From Candidatus Magasanikiibacteriota bacterium (lineage in GTDB: Bacteria; Patescibacteriota; Patescibacteriia; Magasanikbacterales; UBA922), in assembly GCA_003482855.1 (NCBI GenBank), contig DMXO01000005.1, positions 163,719-227,718 of the forward strand: a stretch of DNA of 64,000 nt, written 5' to 3'. A program made the position numbers and the translations under genes. Positions 7,812-17,037 of the stretch are shown in pieces (positions within the stretch are counted from its first letter, which is position 1; each line of letters starts with the position of its first letter). A model generated the notes under the pieces. The model was not told the origin of the DNA, did not search any database, and saw only the letters and a list, made by a program, of their open reading frames with translations.

Positions 7812-8000
7812 AAGGAGGAATAATCCATGGCTCGAGGACCACCGTTCTCAAGGGGCTTGTGCAGAACCCTGTTCGCACTCGCCCGTATTTTTACTAAAAT
7901 TATTTTGGTAGAAGTACGGGGAGGTTGCCACGTAAAATCGCTTCGCGATAACGTGGCTCGTGTGAACGGGGTTTTGTTTTTGGTGCATTATGGACTATAA

Positions 8001-8043
8001 TAGTTCTTAGCTAATAGCGGCTATGAACTATTGGCTATTGGCT
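8001..8043. repeat. Compact palindromic copy of the repeat family (tagttcttagctaatagcggctatgaactattggctattggc)
   Basis: Contains both half-sites that flank the Avd-like gene at 5.0-5.5 kb, here adjacent with no insert. Confidence 0.6.
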
Positions 8044-8048
8044 CAAAT

Positions 8049-9227
8049 ATGAAAATCTGTATCATCAACAATCTATACCCTCCCTATGCCCGTGGTGGCG
8101 CTGAACAGGTTGTGAAGCGCACTGTTGACGGACTTTTGAAACAGGGGAATGATGTCGTCCTCATTACCAGCACGCCAGATGACGAGGGTGTGGAGGAACA
8201 GGTTCATCTCAAGATTTATCGGATACGTCCGCGTAATATATTTTTTTATACTCAGGCGCACAAACATGATATAGCTTCCCGTTTTTTGTGGCATATAATA
8301 GATATGTTTAATGTCTTTGTAAGCAGAGAAACAAAACGTATTTTAACATGGGAAAAACCAGATATTGTGCATACACATAATCTCATGGGCTTGAGTTTTC
8401 TTATTCCTCAGACAATTCGTGCTCTTGGTATTCGTCATGTGCATACGGTGCACGATGTACAGCTCGTTGAGCCAAGCGGTATTATTCTCAAGACAAGAGA
8501 AAATTCATGGAGATATACAGGATTTCCCACAAAATTGTATACGTGGATTATGAAGAAGTTGCTTGGTTCTCCAGAAGTGGTGATTTCTCCGTCTCAGTTT
8601 TTGTTGGATTTTTATAAGGCTCGTGGATTTTTTAGAAATTCTGCAAAGACGCTTCTGCGTAATCCATTAACTTTAGATTTCAAAGAGGAGAAAGGGGAAC
8701 GGGTTAGTACAGAAACATTTAATTTTTTATATTTGGGACAAGTAGAAGATCACAAAGGAATTTTTTTATTGGGTGAAGCATTTGAGAAAATCAGTGATGC
8801 TGTATTACATATTGTTGGTGACGGATCAAGGCTCGAAAATTTGAAAGAATATACAAAAGGAAATAAACATGTCGTGTATCATGGGCGCGTTGATCGGGAA
8901 AAATTGCCTGAGCTTTTTTCTATGATGGACGTCACTGTTGTGCCATCGCTTTGTTATGAAAATTCACCAACAGTTATTTTTGAGAGTTTGTATTTTGGTG
9001 TGCCTGTGCTTGCAAGCCGTATCGAAGGCATTGCCGAACTTATTGAAGAAGGAGAGAACGGTTTTACGTTTGAGGCTGGTGATGTATCATCTTTGATACA
9101 TAAGCTTTCGTGGTGTGTCGAACATAAAAAAGAAATTGACAGTATGCGTATAAAAATTCCGACCACGAGTAGGTCGGAAGGAGAATATATTGAGAAGCTT
9201 ATTACATTGTATAGTAAATCAGTCTAG
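8049..9227 (+). CDS. Glycosyltransferase family 4 (GT-B, RfaG-like)
   Basis: GT4 fold with a C-terminal E-x7-E-like region (ENSPTVIFESLYFGVPVLAS). ATG at 8049, downstream of a TTG at 8031. Confidence 0.85.
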   Translation: MKICIINNLYPPYARGGAEQVVKRTVDGLLKQGNDVVLITSTPDDEGVEEQVHLKIYRIRPRNIFFYTQAHKHDIASRFLWHIIDMFNVFVSRETKRILTWEKPDIVHTHNLMGLSFLIPQTIRALGIRHVHTVHDVQLVEPSGIILKTRENSWRYTGFPTKLYTWIMKKLLGSPEVVISPSQFLLDFYKARGFFRNSAKTLLRNPLTLDFKEEKGERVSTETFNFLYLGQVEDHKGIFLLGEAFEKISDAVLHIVGDGSRLENLKEYTKGNKHVVYHGRVDREKLPELFSMMDVTVVPSLCYENSPTVIFESLYFGVPVLASRIEGIAELIEEGENGFTFEAGDVSSLIHKLSWCVEHKKEIDSMRIKIPTTSRSEGEYIEKLITLYSKSV

Positions 9228-9707
9228 ACGAATCCACCACCTCATGGTGGATTTTTTGTCCGGATTTAATTTTGTTTCGATAATATCTTCAAGTATTCCA
9301 CCACTTGCTTGTATTATTTTACGTGAGCCAACATTATCTTCATCACAGGTGATCATTACTTTCTTTAGTCCAAATCGTTTTGTTTTTTTGAGGGCAAGCG
9401 CAAGCATGTGTGTGCCGTATCCCTTTTTGCGTTTACTGGGGCGAATACTGTATCCAATGTGTCCACCATATTCTCTCAATTTTTTGTTGAGTTTGTGTCT
9501 AAATGAGACAGCACCAACGAATGTATTGTTATCTATGAGCCACCACGTAGAAGCTGGGACAAAACCTCGAGGTAAATCTATATTTTTTTCATGGTTGCGT
9601 ATGCGCTCAAGATACTTCTTGAAGTTTTTCCGCGCGAGTTCTTCATCAAAAATACCTGGATGATCTCCTTCTTTTTTAAATTCATCAAGTGCTTTAATAA
9701 AGCTTTT
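9219..9707 (-). CDS. GNAT-family N-acetyltransferase; start codon unresolved
   Basis: GNAT motif GYGTHMLALAL. The frame stays open about 76 codons upstream of the first TTG (9479) to a stop at 9708-9710, with no ATG/GTG/TTG, yet that stretch still looks GNAT-like (VPASTWWLIDNNTFVGAVSFRH). Confidence 0.6.
   Translation of the reverse strand, partial: KSFIKALDEFKKEGDHPGIFDEELARKNFKKYLERIRNHEKNIDLPRGFVPASTWWLIDNNTFVGAVSFRHKLNKKLREYGGHIGYSIRPSKRKKGYGTHMLALALKKTKRFGLKKVMITCDEDNVGSRKIIQASGGILEDIIETKLNPDKKSTMRWWIRLD
9231..9258 (+). terminator. Terminator hairpin after the GT4 gene, overlapping the 3' coding end of the convergent GNAT gene
   Basis: atccacca-cctca-tggtggat followed by tttttt. Confidence 0.5.
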
Positions 9708-9792
9708 TTATACTTGTTTGTTGGTTTGATAAGTTTGATCATACGGCGTTAGTTCGTAGTCAATAGGAAGAGATTTGTAGATGGTATGTAAA

Positions 9793-9805
9793 AACTATTG
9801 GCTAT
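9793..9805. repeat. Partial copy of the palindromic repeat family (aactattggctat) at a gene end
   Basis: Matches the core of 5444-5467. Confidence 0.4.
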
Positions 9806-11907
9806 CTGCTTGTATATGTGAAAATCCAAATTTTATCATTGATGACATGCCACGAGTCAGCGGTTTGTTTTGCACCTTCAACAATAGTATTGAAATTATC
9901 CCAGTACCAATTCACGACAAAGTATGCTTTGTTTGTCCCTGTTAAGTCCATAACTTCATCCATATATTCGCGTTTTTGTCCCTCGTACAACATTTTTTGA
10001 TAGATCTTGTATAGAGGTCCGCCAGTCGGGATTGAATAATAAAATAGTTCTCCTTGTTCAGTTTGAAAATGTTTTATAAAACTATATTTGGTAAGTGCAG
10101 CGACAGAGGTGATAGAATTTGCAAGGACAACATAGTCATAGTTTGTGTTGTCTGCATTGATCCATTCGACTGTTTGTACATCATATTGTGTTACATTGAA
10201 CCCGGTGAAATATACTTTTGGATTTCGTTGAGGATAACTTAGATACAGCGAAACCATGAGAAGTACAGAACTTATGATAATTCCGAGTGTCATCCACTGT
10301 CTTTTTGATAGGGTCTGTACTCCATCGATAAGGCTTTTGCCAATATAATATATCCCATACATGCTCCACGGTATGAGAAATAGGAGGCCAATAACGAGGA
10401 GACGTGTCGGATATCCACCTTGCTCTAGATTTATAACATTGGGGAACACGATCCATGTTCGCAAAAGCCATGCAGCAATCCACATACTAAGAGCGGTGAG
10501 TGGAAAAATATATTCCACAATTTTCTTTTGTTTTTTGACAAAAAAACCAATAATGCCAAATCCAATCACGAGGGGAATGATAAGGCGTTGCCAAATATAG
10601 AGTAACTCAAAGAGTAACGGAGAATTTTGTCTATACCAATACGGACGTTTGAAAAGTTCCAAAAATTTTTCAATTTCCAAAAAAGGATTTGAAAATACAG
10701 GCATATCGTATCCGCCAAGTTTCAAATACATGGTGAACATAATGGCCGGGAGTAGCGTGATCCCGAATGTATATAATATGAGGAGCGGGATTTGTATTTT
10801 CTTAATTTTATTCACCTGTATGATAATCATAGCAATGACAAACCCGAGGAGCGGAATGCCAATGAATGGGTGAATAACTGTTGATATCAGGGCAAGCGCC
10901 GTAGGGATGATCCATGGGATATTTTTTCTTATATATCCAATCGACGTAAATACCGTGAGTATAGTAAGTAGTAGGACGACATTGTATGGTGTGGTGAGAT
11001 GGAGAGATGTGATAAATAAGAATGGTAAGAGGAGGACTAAGGAAAGAGCACTATCACCATCAAGATTCCATGATTTTTTGAGTGTATAATAAATTACGAA
11101 TGGCAAACTGAGAGACGCGAGTACGGGAACAAGATATACATCAATAATCTGAACAGAGATATGCGTAAGATTTGAAAGCCATACGACGAACCCATATTGC
11201 CCAATATAAAATGGATTTTTTGGTGTAATCATACCATTGGTTTGGATCCACACCTCGGTAGCTCGATGTATGAGTCCATCAAATCCATACCCTAGTTTGT
11301 AGATGATAGGTGCTACTGAATAGGTGATGAAGAGATGAAGCGACGTAAGTATGATGTCACTTGTCGTTCGTTTCGTTTTGGTGATAATCCAGATGAGCAG
11401 AGCTGTGGCAAGAGCATATATGATGAAGAATGATTTCCCCAGCGTCATCCAAGGCGAAGGGAGTACTTCTGCTGTCTGATTATGAAAGAGTGTATAGAGC
11501 AATATTGCTTCGAGTATGAGTAGTAGCGCCGTAGGGAAACAATATGATCGTTCAAAATAGTTTTCTATTTTGTCAGTAGGTATTTCGCTGTTTTGTTTGA
11601 AAAAGAAAAGAAACAATGGAATGATAAAAACAAATGCTGTGGTAAGGGAGGTAATTTTGTATGGGTAGTATATGATGACATTGAGGAGTACTATGAGGCA
11701 TATGATAAGCGTCATACCCCAGAAGCGTCGTCCTTGTTCGCCCATATATCTAGGGAGGAGCGAACTCGTCCATGTACCAATAGTGTAGATGTATATAAGA
11801 AATGCAATACTGCCAACTACGACGTTTTGGAATACAAAAATATTGAGAATACCCAAAATAGTACTACATATAGCCCAGGCGAGAAGTTTTTTTCTATTAA
11901 AATACAT
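9802..11907 (-). CDS. Large polytopic membrane protein with a C-terminal soluble domain; putative GT-C-fold glycosyltransferase (ArnT/PMT/YfhO-like)
   Basis: 701 aa, more than 12 predicted TM segments then a roughly 150-aa hydrophilic tail. Family call is by architecture only. Confidence 0.55.
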   Translation of the reverse strand: MYFNRKKLLAWAICSTILGILNIFVFQNVVVGSIAFLIYIYTIGTWTSSLLPRYMGEQGRRFWGMTLIICLIVLLNVIIYYPYKITSLTTAFVFIIPLFLFFFKQNSEIPTDKIENYFERSYCFPTALLLILEAILLYTLFHNQTAEVLPSPWMTLGKSFFIIYALATALLIWIITKTKRTTSDIILTSLHLFITYSVAPIIYKLGYGFDGLIHRATEVWIQTNGMITPKNPFYIGQYGFVVWLSNLTHISVQIIDVYLVPVLASLSLPFVIYYTLKKSWNLDGDSALSLVLLLPFLFITSLHLTTPYNVVLLLTILTVFTSIGYIRKNIPWIIPTALALISTVIHPFIGIPLLGFVIAMIIIQVNKIKKIQIPLLILYTFGITLLPAIMFTMYLKLGGYDMPVFSNPFLEIEKFLELFKRPYWYRQNSPLLFELLYIWQRLIIPLVIGFGIIGFFVKKQKKIVEYIFPLTALSMWIAAWLLRTWIVFPNVINLEQGGYPTRLLVIGLLFLIPWSMYGIYYIGKSLIDGVQTLSKRQWMTLGIIISSVLLMVSLYLSYPQRNPKVYFTGFNVTQYDVQTVEWINADNTNYDYVVLANSITSVAALTKYSFIKHFQTEQGELFYYSIPTGGPLYKIYQKMLYEGQKREYMDEVMDLTGTNKAYFVVNWYWDNFNTIVEGAKQTADSWHVINDKIWIFTYTSR

Positions 11908-11961
11908 ATTGATTTTTATTGTTTTTAGTGTATACTAGACAATGTTATTTTAGCGAAAAAT

Positions 11962-12585
11962 ATGGAATTTATCAATACGTTTAAGCAAAAACATCCGGAG
12001 CTCTTTTCCTATTTGCAAGCAGATGAGATACATGCGCATGACTATTTTTTGGCACGCACATTTTTGAAACTATTGCCTGCATCAGTTACACCAAACAAAA
12101 TCAGCATATTTAGAATTATAGCTACGCCCGTAGTTTTTTTGTTTATACTGTATGGATGCTATCGTATTGGTGTTGTGTTATTTTTATTAGTCGCTTTTAC
12201 TGATGCACTAGATGGTTCACTTGCACGCACACAGGCCAAAGTTACACGGTTTGGTATGCTCATTGATCCACTCGCAGACAAGCTCCTTATAGGATCTATG
12301 GTTTTGCTTCTCGTATTCAAGCATTTGGATTTTTGGCTCGGCATTGCAGTACTTGGAATAGAGATTGTGTTTATTGCAAGTGCGTATGTAGCGACGGTGA
12401 AATTCAAGACAGTGCGTATGGCAAATTTATGGGGGAAAATAAAAATGTTTTTGCAAGTATTGTCAGTGTGCGCTATTCTTATCGCTCTCGTGTTTGATAA
12501 TGAAATATTTTTGAGAATAGCGAGTGGGATTTTGGGTTTGTCTGTTGGTTTTGCATTATTGAGTTTGTTTCGGCATGGCGTGTAG
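11962..12585 (+). CDS. CDP-alcohol phosphatidyltransferase (PgsA-like)
   Basis: Canonical D-G-x2-A-R-x8-G-x3-D-x3-D motif: DALDGSLARTQAKVTRFGMLIDPLAD. Confidence 0.85.
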   Translation: MEFINTFKQKHPELFSYLQADEIHAHDYFLARTFLKLLPASVTPNKISIFRIIATPVVFLFILYGCYRIGVVLFLLVAFTDALDGSLARTQAKVTRFGMLIDPLADKLLIGSMVLLLVFKHLDFWLGIAVLGIEIVFIASAYVATVKFKTVRMANLWGKIKMFLQVLSVCAILIALVFDNEIFLRIASGILGLSVGFALLSLFRHGV

Positions 12586-12631
12586 TCAATGTTATAAAAA
12601 GGGGAACCCGCTCATCGGTTGATGGCGGGTA

Positions 12632-13390
12632 TCAGGGAGAGCGTTTGCGTTCCGCGAGCTTGTGGGACAAGCTCTGGTACGCGAACGGAATGGCGGTCGC
12701 GAGGGAAACGATTCCGACGTAGCCAGCCCAATGGGCGTGGGGGGAGGGAAGCGAGAGGATCAGCCCGCCCAGGCCGATCATCTCGAGAGCCATCTTCAAT
12801 TTGCCTGAACCGGGTGCGCGGAGGTCGACCTTCTTGGCCGAGCCATTGCCACGTTTGTTATTCAGGTAGTCGAGGGCACGGATCGTGCCCAAGATGGCTT
12901 CGAGCACGCAGAGGGTGCCGAGCGTCACCGACGTGATAAGCGTGTACCACATTGGCGCGTGGTGAATGAGCATGAGGAGCGTTCCGGCCGCGACACCTGC
13001 GAAGAACCACTTATCGCAGAAGGCGTCGATGAACTTGCCGAAGTCCTCGTCATCATAGTGGCCTAGCTTCTTGTGGACGGTAGCCACCAGTCCGTCTACG
13101 AAGTCCATGACAGCAGCGATCACGAAGGTCACGAACGCTGCCATGAAGTACTCATAGGCCATGAGTACTCCCACGGGGACGAGCGCGACAGTCCGCGCGT
13201 AGGTGACACGGTTGGCGGTCATGAACAGGATCTTCTGTCCGCCGCTCAGCCACTGCGGCAGGTGCCGCGGGAACACGTACGGAACCGCGGGCTCGAAGAA
13301 CGCACGAAGGAAGTTGTACCACGACATGAACAGTCCGATCGTTTCGGAGTTTTCCATGACGAGCGCCTTTCTTGGTTTAAAGGTTTTCAC
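12632..13390 (-). CDS. CDP-alcohol phosphatidyltransferase family protein encoded by a strongly GC-rich island
   Basis: Variant motif DFVDGLVAT-x8-GKFIDAFCD (R replaced by T) in a multi-TM protein. Base composition is sharply higher in GC than both neighbours. A later ATG (MENSETIG) is a possible true start. Confidence 0.7.
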   Translation of the reverse strand: MKTFKPRKALVMENSETIGLFMSWYNFLRAFFEPAVPYVFPRHLPQWLSGGQKILFMTANRVTYARTVALVPVGVLMAYEYFMAAFVTFVIAAVMDFVDGLVATVHKKLGHYDDEDFGKFIDAFCDKWFFAGVAAGTLLMLIHHAPMWYTLITSVTLGTLCVLEAILGTIRALDYLNNKRGNGSAKKVDLRAPGSGKLKMALEMIGLGGLILSLPSPHAHWAGYVGIVSLATAIPFAYQSLSHKLAERKRSP

Positions 13391-13442
13391 GAAAAAGAAC
13401 GGTAGTATTTTGTATCAGTTTTTTATAGTTTGGTCAAGTTTT

Positions 13443-15014
13443 ATGAAGAATTTTTTTCATAGTAAATATAATATAGTACTCCTGATTTTTTCTTTAGTGT
13501 TTTTTGTTTTATATAATTATTTGAATTTTTCAGTGCCGGGGATTTTTAATTCTCCAGATGAAACTGCAAATTTTGTTTTTACTCAGACTATTGCAAAAGA
13601 ACATAAGCTCTCATATCGATTGCCAAATGATTATGGAGCATTGAATGAATTTATTCATCCGCGCAGTACATTTGTCGAGGAAGTTGGAGGTGACGAGATT
13701 TTGCCAGTCGGTTTTTGGGGAATGCCGGCGCTATATGGCATTGTTGCCAAATCGATTGGTACGAAGTTGGTTGTATTTTTGACATCTATACTTGCGATAT
13801 TTGGAGTTTGGGCGTTTTATGGAATTATAAAAAAAATATTCAGTGAACAAATTTCATTTTGGAGTTCTGTATTATTATTTTTTCAGCCAGTACTCTGGTA
13901 CTACACAGGGCGTAGCATGTTCCATAATGTAGGATTTGTAAGTTTGGTGTTGATGGGTGTTTGGCTTTTGATTTCTAAGCCAATAAAAAAATATATATGG
14001 TCGAATGATATCCTTGGTATGGTCATTTTCATGCTTGGGATTCTGATGCGGCCGAATGAAATTGTGTGGATTGTATTATGTATATGTATTGTTGTGATAA
14101 TGTATAGAAAAGAAATCAGTTTTTCACGATTGCTTACATGGGTAATTATTGGACTATTATTTGTTGGTTTGTATGGATGGATAAATATACAGGTATACGG
14201 GAGTTCAGCAGGTAGTTATATTAGTTCTCGTTCACTTGAAGTCAGACATTGGTATTCATTCATATTTCCATTTGGTATTGATATTGAGATGATACTGAAA
14301 AGTGGATGGTTTTATTTTGTGAAAATGTTTTGGTGGTTTAGTATTCCTGCATTGTTTGGTTTTTGTCTATTTATTTTTGAATGGATCAAAAAAAGACTTA
14401 CCAAAGAGCAGATTGTCTTTGGGATAGTATTCATTTTGGCGAGTTTATTTTTGTTTGTGTACTATGGTAGTAATCACGATACTCTTTTTGATCAGAAGAC
14501 AATTGGGGTTGCGTATACACGGTATTGGTTGCCACTTTTCGTGGCGAGTACAATATTTGTGGTTTTTGCTTATTTTTGGCTACTGGAGAGGATTTCGTAT
14601 AAGAGATTTTTGAATATTTTGGGCATAATATCAGTGATAATTTCCTTTGTATATAGCGCAAAAGTGGTATATGGAGGTATAGATGGGCTTGATAATACCA
14701 AAGATAACCTTCTGTATGCTTATGAAGTCAAAACATGGGTCTTGGCTAATACAAAAGAGGATGTTATAATCATAACTGACCATGAAGACAAGTTTTTCTG
14801 GCCAGAAAGACAGGTGATTGTCCGTTTTTTTGACTCTCGAGTTGGGGAAGCGGTACAGAAGTTAGCCCAGGAACGTAAAATTGTCTATTATTTTTGTCCA
14901 CGTTTAGATGATGTACAGAGGGAGAACGTTTATATTCATCTGAGGCGATTTGGTCTTGGAATGGGCAAGATTATGGATTTCCAAGAACATGAACTATATA
15001 TAATAAGACAGTAA
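13443..15014 (+). CDS. GT-C-fold membrane glycosyltransferase, PMT/ArnT-like (GT39/GT83-like)
   Basis: Multi-TM with a first-loop SPDETANF (DE motif). The track ORF begins at 13203 inside the GC-rich convergent gene, so the ATG at 13443 (MKNFFHSKY) is preferred. Confidence 0.6.
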   Translation: MKNFFHSKYNIVLLIFSLVFFVLYNYLNFSVPGIFNSPDETANFVFTQTIAKEHKLSYRLPNDYGALNEFIHPRSTFVEEVGGDEILPVGFWGMPALYGIVAKSIGTKLVVFLTSILAIFGVWAFYGIIKKIFSEQISFWSSVLLFFQPVLWYYTGRSMFHNVGFVSLVLMGVWLLISKPIKKYIWSNDILGMVIFMLGILMRPNEIVWIVLCICIVVIMYRKEISFSRLLTWVIIGLLFVGLYGWINIQVYGSSAGSYISSRSLEVRHWYSFIFPFGIDIEMILKSGWFYFVKMFWWFSIPALFGFCLFIFEWIKKRLTKEQIVFGIVFILASLFLFVYYGSNHDTLFDQKTIGVAYTRYWLPLFVASTIFVVFAYFWLLERISYKRFLNILGIISVIISFVYSAKVVYGGIDGLDNTKDNLLYAYEVKTWVLANTKEDVIIITDHEDKFFWPERQVIVRFFDSRVGEAVQKLAQERKIVYYFCPRLDDVQRENVYIHLRRFGLGMGKIMDFQEHELYIIRQ

Positions 15015-15019
15015 AATAT

Positions 15020-15427
15020 ATGAGTGATTGTATCTTTTGTAAAATCGTAAAAAAAGAAATCCCCAATTATACCGTGTATGAAGATGATCATGTACTTGCT
15101 TTTTTGGATATTGCTCCACGGGCAAAAGGTCATACATTAGTAATCCCCAAAGTTCATGCTGAACATTTACTTGAACTTAATGACGAGTTGTTGGGCTTTT
15201 TATTATTTGGGGTTAAACGTGCGCAGGAGAGAATAGATCATATATTGCAGCCAGATGGGTATAATGTGGGTTGGAATCACGGTGAAGTGGGAGGACAAGT
15301 TGTCCCTCATTTGCATATACATATTTTTCCACGATGGAGAAATGACGGCGGTGGGAATATGCATTCTATTATAGATCAATCTGGAGATAAGACGGTTGAA
15401 GACGTGGGGAAATTATTTAAGACTTAA
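15020..15427 (+). CDS. HIT-family nucleotide hydrolase/transferase
   Basis: Histidine-triad motif HLHIHIFP. Confidence 0.85.
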   Translation: MSDCIFCKIVKKEIPNYTVYEDDHVLAFLDIAPRAKGHTLVIPKVHAEHLLELNDELLGFLLFGVKRAQERIDHILQPDGYNVGWNHGEVGGQVVPHLHIHIFPRWRNDGGGNMHSIIDQSGDKTVEDVGKLFKT

Positions 15428-15440
15428 ACACTCGGACATT

Positions 15441-15524
15441 TCAGCACTGGAGCATTAAAGCACTTGAGCACGTTGTTCCAAAGAAGACACATTTAAAAAA
15501 GTGCTAAAATGCTGTAGTGCTCAG
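15441..15524. promoter_or_regulatory. Dyad of AGCACT-type 9-bp repeat arrays between the HIT and Nudix genes
   Basis: Direct array 15441-15472 (tcagcact, ggagcatt, aaagcact, tgagcacg), AT-rich spacer, inverted array 15500-15524 (agtgcta...agtgctc). Confidence 0.3.
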
Positions 15525-15533
15525 GTGAACCAT

Positions 15534-16070
15534 ATGCCGAAACATTTGAAAAAACTTACTGAAGAGGTACTCCACGAGAATCCATGGTGGAAATATAAGC
15601 ACGATACATACGAAATGCCCAATGGCAAGCCTGGTGATTATTTTTATGGAGAAACAAATGGTGTTGTCATTGTCGTTCCCGTACTAGAAGATGAAAGAAT
15701 TGTATTGACATTGCAACATAGATATCTTGTTGACAAGCAAAGTATCGAATTTCCTGCAGGAGGAATAAGAATAGGTATGACGCCTGCTGAAGCGGCCCAA
15801 TTGGAACTTCTCGAAGAGACAGGATGTGTGCCAAGAGAAATGGTCAAGATGGGAACATTTGAGCCGGCAAATGGATTTGTAAAAGATATGTGTCATGTAT
15901 ATTTAGCTCATGTTGCATCACAGGGTCCTCAGCATCCTGATGAATCTGAAGAGATAGAACTTATGTATCGCCGGCCAGAAGAAATAGATGATATGATTCG
16001 TAAGAATGAAATATGGGATGGCGAGACTATGGCCACATGGGCGCTTGTCCACCATTATTTTTTGCATTAA
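15534..16070 (+). CDS. Nudix hydrolase
   Basis: Nudix box GGIRIGMTPAEAAQLELLEETGC. ATG at 15534 preceded by aggtga; the GTG at 15501 in the track lies within the repeat array. Confidence 0.85.
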   Translation: MPKHLKKLTEEVLHENPWWKYKHDTYEMPNGKPGDYFYGETNGVVIVVPVLEDERIVLTLQHRYLVDKQSIEFPAGGIRIGMTPAEAAQLELLEETGCVPREMVKMGTFEPANGFVKDMCHVYLAHVASQGPQHPDESEEIELMYRRPEEIDDMIRKNEIWDGETMATWALVHHYFLH

Positions 16071-16084
16071 TAGAGTAATAGCAT

Positions 16085-17029
16085 ATGTCCGAGTTTATAG
16101 AAAGTACGATATACAAATTGGAAGAAGAAAAATATGCTATCTTGTGCGTAGATCTTATTATTCTTGATACAGAGGGGAATGTTTTGCTTGGCAGACGTAC
16201 TCTTGAACCAGCAAAAGGACGCTGGGTATTACCCGGTGGTTATGTACAAATTACTGATGACAATATAGAGTCAGCAGCAGTGAGAAGCGCAAAGACAGAA
16301 TTTGGTGTTGATATTGAATTGACGCATCTAGTGGATGTAATGGGAGATCCAGATATGAAACCAGTTGCAGATCCACGTTTTTATGCAGTGCAGGTATTGT
16401 ATACAGCAGTAATCAAAAAAAATAGTTCCCCGATAGCCTCATCATATTTTATGAGTGAGGGTATGTGGGTTAAACCGAGAAAAGCGTTGTGGAAGAAACT
16501 TGGTTTTAATCATAAAATGCTTATCAAATCTTATCTCAAGAAAAAAAGTGAAGAACAACTTATCCCAATAAAACGTACACTATATACGCAACATTTCGGA
16601 CAAGTGCATGATTATCTAAAAAATAATTATATGCATACCGTGGTGATGGGTATTGTTATTAATGAACGTAACGAGATATTACTTGCACATCGTGTGCAAG
16701 AGCCGTTCAAAGGTGCTTGGGATCTTCCGGGCGGACATATGTATGCGCATGAGTCTGTAGAGGAATGTCTCAAACGTGAAGTACGTGAAGAATTGGGAGT
16801 GGATTGTGAAGTGGGTGATTTGTTTCATGTATATTCTGACAAAGGCATGAGCCCCAAATTTTCACGTGCCATGGTTTTATATTTTATTAGAATCAAAAGT
16901 CAGGAATTTGTGAAGAACGTAGAAATGGATGATTTTGGATATTTTCCTCTTGATCAGATCCCTGACAATCTTGCCTATCATATTGATGGCGCACTAAAAG
17001 ACGTAAAAGATTTCATTGCACAAAGATAA
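16085..17029 (+). CDS. Tandem double-Nudix-domain protein
   Basis: Two Nudix folds: LPGGYVQITDDNIESAAVRSAKTEFGV (weakened box) and LPGGHMYAHESVEECLKREVREELGV (canonical box). Confidence 0.8.
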   Translation: MSEFIESTIYKLEEEKYAILCVDLIILDTEGNVLLGRRTLEPAKGRWVLPGGYVQITDDNIESAAVRSAKTEFGVDIELTHLVDVMGDPDMKPVADPRFYAVQVLYTAVIKKNSSPIASSYFMSEGMWVKPRKALWKKLGFNHKMLIKSYLKKKSEEQLIPIKRTLYTQHFGQVHDYLKNNYMHTVVMGIVINERNEILLAHRVQEPFKGAWDLPGGHMYAHESVEECLKREVREELGVDCEVGDLFHVYSDKGMSPKFSRAMVLYFIRIKSQEFVKNVEMDDFGYFPLDQIPDNLAYHIDGALKDVKDFIAQR

Positions 17030-17037
17030 ATACGCAT

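Noticed and set aside
7527-7911. Arginine-rich ORFs on both strands of the 7.4-7.9 kb GC island (7527-7763 minus, 7624-7911 plus, 7690-7878 minus, 7709-7897 plus)
   Set aside because: They are mutually overlapping, compositionally biased, and lack motifs or RBS. They are typical open frames in GC-rich DNA.
9190-9663. Plus-strand 157-aa ORF
   Set aside because: Antisense to the GNAT gene and to the terminator hairpin, with low-complexity S/L/F-rich translation.
15501-15533. GTG-initiated 11-codon N-terminal extension of the first Nudix gene
   Set aside because: The extension is encoded by the AGCACT repeat array itself. The ATG at 15534 has an AGGTGA RBS.
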